DNA from: Candidatus Nitrosopumilus koreensis AR1
GTDB lineage: Archaea; Thermoproteota; Nitrososphaeria; Nitrososphaerales; Nitrosopumilaceae
Length of the DNA: 32,000 nt
Reading direction: 5' to 3'
Assembly (NCBI RefSeq): GCF_000299365.1
Contig: NC_018655.1
Location: 1,200,001 to 1,232,000 of the forward strand
Shown: piece by piece, positions 27,472-32,000 of the stretch
Layout: each line of letters opens with the position of its first letter
Position numbering within the stretch: the stretch's first letter is position 1
Program-made: the position numbers and the translations under genes
The notes under the pieces: model-generated
The model's database searches: none
What the model was told of the DNA's origin: nothing
What the model saw: only the letters and a program-made list of their open reading frames with translations

Positions 27472-28742
27472 GGCCAGATACCTTTTTGGTTAAAAGCCTC
27501 AATGACTCTTTCTACGGCTAAAACCATTGTGGCTTTTCTCATATCGATTTTGTGTTTCTTTGATAGTTCGTAAGCATCTTTGAATCCTTGAGTGATATTT
27601 TTCTCCATCTTGTTTGCTACTTCATCAAATGTCCAATAGTAACCCATGTTGTTTTGAACCCATTCTAGATATGATATACAAACACCACCAGAATTTGCCA
27701 AGATGTCAGGGATTACTAGGATCTTCTTTTGGTAAAGAATTGGATCTGCTTCAGGCAATGTTGGACCATTTGCAGCTTCAGCAATAATTTTACATTGTAA
27801 TTTTTGTGCAATCTTAGCGGTAATTTGGTTTTCTAAAGCACCTGGAACTAAAACATCACATTTTGTTGTAAGCAGTTCTTCAGTAGAGATTTTTTTGCTT
27901 CCAGGAAATCCAACAACACTTCCTTTCTTTTGTTTGTGTTCTAAGATTTTACTAACCTTTGCACCTTTTGGAATTGAAATAGAACCTTTAGAATCACTAA
28001 CTGCAATAACTTTTGCACCCATCTTTTCAAGATATTCTCCTGCAAATGTAGAGGCATTTCCGAATCCTTGTAAAACAACTTTAGCACCTTTAAGATTTAG
28101 TTTAATTGTTTTTGCAGCTTCTCTTACAGTATATGCTGCTCCTAAACCAGTTGCAACATTTCGAGCAAGAGAACCACCCATAGAAATTGGTTTTCCAGTG
28201 ATTACTCCTGGAGAATATTTGTTACCGTTTAATTTACTAAATGTATCCATGATTTGTGTCATCTCTTTTCCTGTAGTGTAAACATCAGGAGCAGGAATAT
28301 CTTTTTCAGGACCTATAACTTCTGAAATTTTATATGCAAATCCACGAGTTAGCCTTTCTAATTCATTGTCACTAAGTTTTTCAGTTTTAGGATTAACATA
28401 AATTCCACCTTTACCTCCACCTAGAGGAACATCTACAATTGCACATTTCCATGTCATCCATGAAGAAAGGGCCATAACTTCGCGTTCCATATATTCAACT
28501 CCACCTTCTGGATCAAAATATCGAATACCTCCTTTGTATGGACCTCTATCGTTATTGTGTTGACTTCTAAAACCTGTGAAAACTCTAATTTTTCCATTAT
28601 CCATAGTTACTGGAATCTTTACTCTAAGAACCCTATTTGGCATTGCAAGATATTCACGCAAGCCCTTGTCTTTAATTCCTAAAATGTCACATGCATCATT
28701 GACTTGTTTTGTTGCATTAACAAACGGATCATTCTTTACCAA
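27468..28742 (-). CDS. gdhA: Glutamate dehydrogenase
   Basis: Full-length Glu/Leu/Phe/Val dehydrogenase with the catalytic-Lys motif PLGGGKGGI and a Rossmann domain (VVLQGFGNAS). The only canonical start in the open frame is TTG at 28742. Confidence 0.92.
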   Translation of the reverse strand: MVKNDPFVNATKQVNDACDILGIKDKGLREYLAMPNRVLRVKIPVTMDNGKIRVFTGFRSQHNNDRGPYKGGIRYFDPEGGVEYMEREVMALSSWMTWKCAIVDVPLGGGKGGIYVNPKTEKLSDNELERLTRGFAYKISEVIGPEKDIPAPDVYTTGKEMTQIMDTFSKLNGNKYSPGVITGKPISMGGSLARNVATGLGAAYTVREAAKTIKLNLKGAKVVLQGFGNASTFAGEYLEKMGAKVIAVSDSKGSISIPKGAKVSKILEHKQKKGSVVGFPGSKKISTEELLTTKCDVLVPGALENQITAKIAQKLQCKIIAEAANGPTLPEADPILYQKKILVIPDILANSGGVCISYLEWVQNNMGYYWTFDEVANKMEKNITQGFKDAYELSKKHKIDMRKATMVLAVERVIEAFNQKGIWP

Positions 28743-28817
28743 GACGATCGTTTTAGAAAGATTCGGATTATATAAGTTTGGTTGAAAATTTCTGATCGCT
28801 ATTTCACATCATACGAA

Positions 28818-29201
28818 TTAAAGATAGACTTTCTTGTGATTCATGTTTCTATCTAGTTTATCAATTGCTTCATCCAAAGCAGAGATATTCATTTCAAGAA
28901 AGTTTGACAAGTGGAAAATTGCACCGTATTTTTCACCAATTTTTGATACCATGTTATTTTTCTCAAGTACTTTCATGTGATGTTGTATGGCTTTGTAATC
29001 AAGATCAAGTTCTTGAGATAATTGATGAGTGTTGTATGGCTTGTCAAGCAGACTCATAATAATTCGTAATCGAGTAAATCCACCTCTAGTGCTAGTAAAC
29101 AAATAAAACAATAATTTTCTAGTTTGTTTATCAGGTTTCCTTTGGTTTGAGACTTGTATAGATCTAAGTATTTCTTTGAATTCTAGTAATTGATTAGCCA
29201 T
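28818..29201 (-). CDS. Winged-helix (ArsR-like) transcription regulator
   Basis: FTRLRIIMSLLDKPYNTHQLSQELDLDYKAIQHHMKVLEKNNMV is a typical ArsR-type wHTH; 127 aa. Confidence 0.65.
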   Translation of the reverse strand: MANQLLEFKEILRSIQVSNQRKPDKQTRKLLFYLFTSTRGGFTRLRIIMSLLDKPYNTHQLSQELDLDYKAIQHHMKVLEKNNMVSKIGEKYGAIFHLSNFLEMNISALDEAIDKLDRNMNHKKVYL

Positions 29202-29307
29202 TTTCTTAAAGTACGATGATTTTACTTAAAACCCTATTTCCAGATCTTTTCCATATTCAGGCTGCGATAATTACCCTTAAATTGACTGAGAATGAACTCG
29301 TCATAAC

Positions 29308-30030
29308 ATGATGGCATCACGCGGTTACGATATGACACCTACCATGTATTCTCCAGATGGCAGAATTTACCAAGTAGAATATGCCATAGAGACCGTAAAA
29401 AGAGGAACTCTGGCAATTGGGGTAATTAGTAAAGAAGGCGTCATCATGGCAGTTGAAGAGAAACCTCGTACATTACAAAGTACAGATGTTACACAGAAAA
29501 TTTTCCAAGTAGATTATCATATTGGTGTTGCAGCAGCAGGATACATTCCAGATGCACGAGTTCAAGTTGACAGTGCAAGATTCTTCTCACAAGGGAACAG
29601 AATGACTTATGATGAATCAGTAGAAGTTGCTACCGTTGCAAAACATCTAGCAGACCAAGCACATCAATTTACTCAATATGGAGGAGTTCGTCCAAATGGT
29701 GTTTCAATGATCATAGCAGGTGTTGACCAAAAAGGAGAGTCAATCTATGTAACTGACCCAAGTGGAACTTATGTTCAATTTGCAGCAATTGCAATTGGTG
29801 CAGGTTCTGATGATGTGAATGAATTTTTGGAGAAAAATTACAAAGATGATTTAAGTTTGGAGGATGCAGCAGCATTAGCAATTGCTGCAATCAATCTAAA
29901 AGCAGAACAAAAAGAAGGAATCAATGACATCAAAATGGCAAAGATTTCATCCGAGTCTAAAATCTTTGAGAAAGTTTCTGAAGCAGACTTGCAGAAATAT
30001 TCTCAAAATGCATCAAAGTTTGTTCCATAA
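29308..30030 (+). CDS. psmA: Proteasome subunit alpha
   Basis: The N-terminal signature YDMTPTMYSPDGRIYQVEYA is present, with full-length alpha-subunit colinearity (240 aa). Confidence 0.92.
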   Translation: MMASRGYDMTPTMYSPDGRIYQVEYAIETVKRGTLAIGVISKEGVIMAVEEKPRTLQSTDVTQKIFQVDYHIGVAAAGYIPDARVQVDSARFFSQGNRMTYDESVEVATVAKHLADQAHQFTQYGGVRPNGVSMIIAGVDQKGESIYVTDPSGTYVQFAAIAIGAGSDDVNEFLEKNYKDDLSLEDAAALAIAAINLKAEQKEGINDIKMAKISSESKIFEKVSEADLQKYSQNASKFVP

Positions 30031-30082
30031 TAGAATTTTAGATTTGAAAGATATTCATTTCAGTATACAGAGACGATAGATA

Positions 30083-30775
30083 ATGGGTTTAGGAAGTAAT
30101 TATTGGGGCGAAGTAATAGAGGTACTTCGTGAAATCATTCCAGTTTATGACAAGGTTAATTCAATTATTTCATTAGGAAAAGATGTAGAGCATCGTAATC
30201 GTGGAATTTCACAAAGAGTTTTTCCAGGAAATAAAATACTAGACGCAGGTTCAGGCTTTGGCAACATGTCAAAGACAGCATTGAAGCTTACTGATGGTAA
30301 AATTTCAGTTACACTTTATGATCCACTAGTTCCGATGTTAAAAAATACAGGTTCCCATTTTGAAAAAACACCTGACATGGCAAATGGTGTTTTTGAACAT
30401 ATTCCATTTAAAGACGAAGAATTTGATGCAGTACTATGCGGTTATTCTTTACGAGACGCAATAAATTTGAGAATTGCAATTTCTGAAATCCACAGGGTCT
30501 TGAAAAAAGAAGGACGGTTTGTTATTGTAGATTTGGGAAAGCCCGATAGTGCATTCATCAGAGCAGGAGTTGCATTTTATCTTAGATGTATTTTACCAAT
30601 CCTTGCATTTACTGCAGGAGGTAAGCTTGGATTAAAATTTGGAACGCTCTATGGAACTTTCAAGAGATGGCCTCAAAATAAAAAGCTGGAAGGCTTGCTG
30701 TTAGAGAAATTCTCCAGGGTAGAATTTGAGAAAGACCTTATGGGTGGAGCAATCATGGTTGCAGCATACAAATGA
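30083..30775 (+). CDS. Class I SAM-dependent methyltransferase, UbiE/MenG-like (demethylmenaquinone methyltransferase family)
   Basis: SAM motif I ILDAGSGFGN and post-I/II blocks (FDAVLCGYSLRD, LKKEGRFVIVD) are present, with UbiE-like length. The menaquinone role is inferred from family only. Confidence 0.7.
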   Translation: MGLGSNYWGEVIEVLREIIPVYDKVNSIISLGKDVEHRNRGISQRVFPGNKILDAGSGFGNMSKTALKLTDGKISVTLYDPLVPMLKNTGSHFEKTPDMANGVFEHIPFKDEEFDAVLCGYSLRDAINLRIAISEIHRVLKKEGRFVIVDLGKPDSAFIRAGVAFYLRCILPILAFTAGGKLGLKFGTLYGTFKRWPQNKKLEGLLLEKFSRVEFEKDLMGGAIMVAAYK

Positions 30776-31926
30776 ACAAAGTTCTGATTCTAGTAAACAT
30801 CACTGGACTAATCATTGGGATTTCGTATGGACTACACGGACCAATCCTTCCAGTGTTTGCAAAAAACATCATAGGTGCATCATACTCTGAATTAGGGTTT
30901 ATCGGATTAGCTAATTTCATCCCCTACATGTTTATTCCATTATTTGTAGGGATTCTTCTTGATAGGTTTAACAACGGATACCTTTTAGCATTAGGTGCTG
31001 CGATAAATTCTGCATCAATTTACCTACTATCAATTGCACAATCAGTTCCAGAAATCATGGGATTTAGGATAATGACAGGTGTGGCTCATGCATTTTTTTG
31101 GCCTCCATGTGAATCAATCATATCAAATGAGAGTTCTGAGAAAAACAGAGTAAGAAACATTTCATGGTTTACAATGTTTTTTGTCATTGGGTTCATGGTA
31201 GGACCACTGCTTGGAACCGTATTTTTAGAGGGACTAGACATAACATACAGAATTCTATTTCAGATTACTGCATTTATTCTGGCTACTGCATTGATTTCTG
31301 CAATTCTTGTCTCAAGAAAAAGTGTTAGAAATCATCACGAGCATTTTTCATTTTCATCAATCAAAGAGATGAAGAGGTTTCCAGAAGCCATAGTCTTGTT
31401 GCTTTTTTGCACATCATCATTTGGCATAGTTCTGACAATCTATCCAGCATTTCTAAATGATAATGGAATGACAGATACTGACATTTTGTTACTATTTTTT
31501 ATTTTTGGAATTTCGCGGGTAGTGTCACTAGCATTAGCAGGAAAGCTTGCAAGAAAAACTAGTCATACCTTGATTGCTGCAGTATCTGCAATATCAATAG
31601 GACTTGCAATTTCGGCTGTTGCAGATTCCATCGTGGGATTTGCAGTGGCATTAGTACTGATGGGATTCGGGTTTAGTATATTTTTCCCACTTACTTTGGA
31701 GATAGTTTTGAGTAGGACCAAAAAAGGAATATCAGGAAAAATTATTGGTGCATATGAAACAGTTTTTGGGATGGGTTGGGTAATAGGACCAACAATCGGA
31801 GGTCCAATAACACAATCTCTCGGAGCCAACACACCATACTTGATATTTTGTGTTATAGGGGTTGGAGTAGCACTGCTTGCAACAATATCAAGAAAGAAAT
31901 TAGAACCTCAAAGGACCGTGTATTAG
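30772..31926 (+). CDS. MFS transporter
   Basis: 384 aa, about 12 hydrophobic segments, with the MFS loop motif 'GILLDRFNNG'. ATGA overlap with the upstream methyltransferase. Confidence 0.72.
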   Translation: MNKVLILVNITGLIIGISYGLHGPILPVFAKNIIGASYSELGFIGLANFIPYMFIPLFVGILLDRFNNGYLLALGAAINSASIYLLSIAQSVPEIMGFRIMTGVAHAFFWPPCESIISNESSEKNRVRNISWFTMFFVIGFMVGPLLGTVFLEGLDITYRILFQITAFILATALISAILVSRKSVRNHHEHFSFSSIKEMKRFPEAIVLLLFCTSSFGIVLTIYPAFLNDNGMTDTDILLLFFIFGISRVVSLALAGKLARKTSHTLIAAVSAISIGLAISAVADSIVGFAVALVLMGFGFSIFFPLTLEIVLSRTKKGISGKIIGAYETVFGMGWVIGPTIGGPITQSLGANTPYLIFCVIGVGVALLATISRKKLEPQRTVY

Positions 31927-32000
31927 ATATCCATTGTTCCACGTTTCTTAGTACAGATATCTAGTGCATCAACTACTTCTGTAACAAAGACTTTACCGTC
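31923..32000 (-). CDS. P-II (GlnB/GlnK)-like signal protein, C-terminal 25 codons only
   Basis: The reverse-strand translation DGKVFVTEVVDALDICTKKRGTMDI* resembles the P-II C-terminus (GDGKIFV...IRTGE...). Only a fragment lies in the window. Confidence 0.4.
   Translation of the reverse strand, partial: DGKVFVTEVVDALDICTKKRGTMDI

Overview
This is a visibly AT-rich, very gene-dense chromosomal window of about 40 genes. Gene content and order look like a marine ammonia-oxidising archaeon of the Nitrosopumilus type (Nitrososphaerota/Thaumarchaeota). That assignment is inferred from gene families and recalled synteny, not from a search.

Gene blocks, left to right:
- A methionine/folate block: an MTHFR-like gene and a cobalamin-dependent MetH split into two genes.
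- An MFS transporter and a NitT/TauT-type ABC importer.
- A roughly 9 kb plus-strand lysine/arginine 'amino-group carrier protein' cluster. It holds argG, two 55-aa LysW zinc-ribbon genes absent from the ORF track (each coupled to its own LysX/ArgX ATP-grasp ligase), single copies of LysY/LysZ/LysJ/LysK, homocitrate synthase and an Lrp/AsnC regulator.
- Diphthine synthase, then flavin-cofactor genes (RibL and RbkR, both with HTH domains).
- Archaeal DnaG and IscA.
- A wHTH / RHH / CBS trio.
- A membrane-anchored cupredoxin with no axial Met.
- The 3-hydroxypropionate/4-hydroxybutyrate-cycle pair: a crotonase-type dehydratase and an ADP-forming acyl-CoA synthetase.
- A GATase, a small Toprim protein, glutamate dehydrogenase, a wHTH regulator, proteasome alpha, a UbiE-type methyltransferase, a second MFS transporter, and the 3' tail of a P-II-like gene.

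I saw no rRNA, tRNA, CRISPR array, transposase/integrase, prophage or defence-island signal. I cannot honestly point to a clearly novel multi-gene system.

The points most worth a second look:
- The two LysW-ligase pairs, one carrier ending in Gln instead of the canonical Glu.
- Four reading-frame breaks that all sit in A/T homopolymers, most likely assembly errors.
- A DUF357-like tail on diphthine synthase next to the HTH-fused flavin genes.
- The Met-less cupredoxin.
- A shared palindromic 11-mer in two promoter regions.
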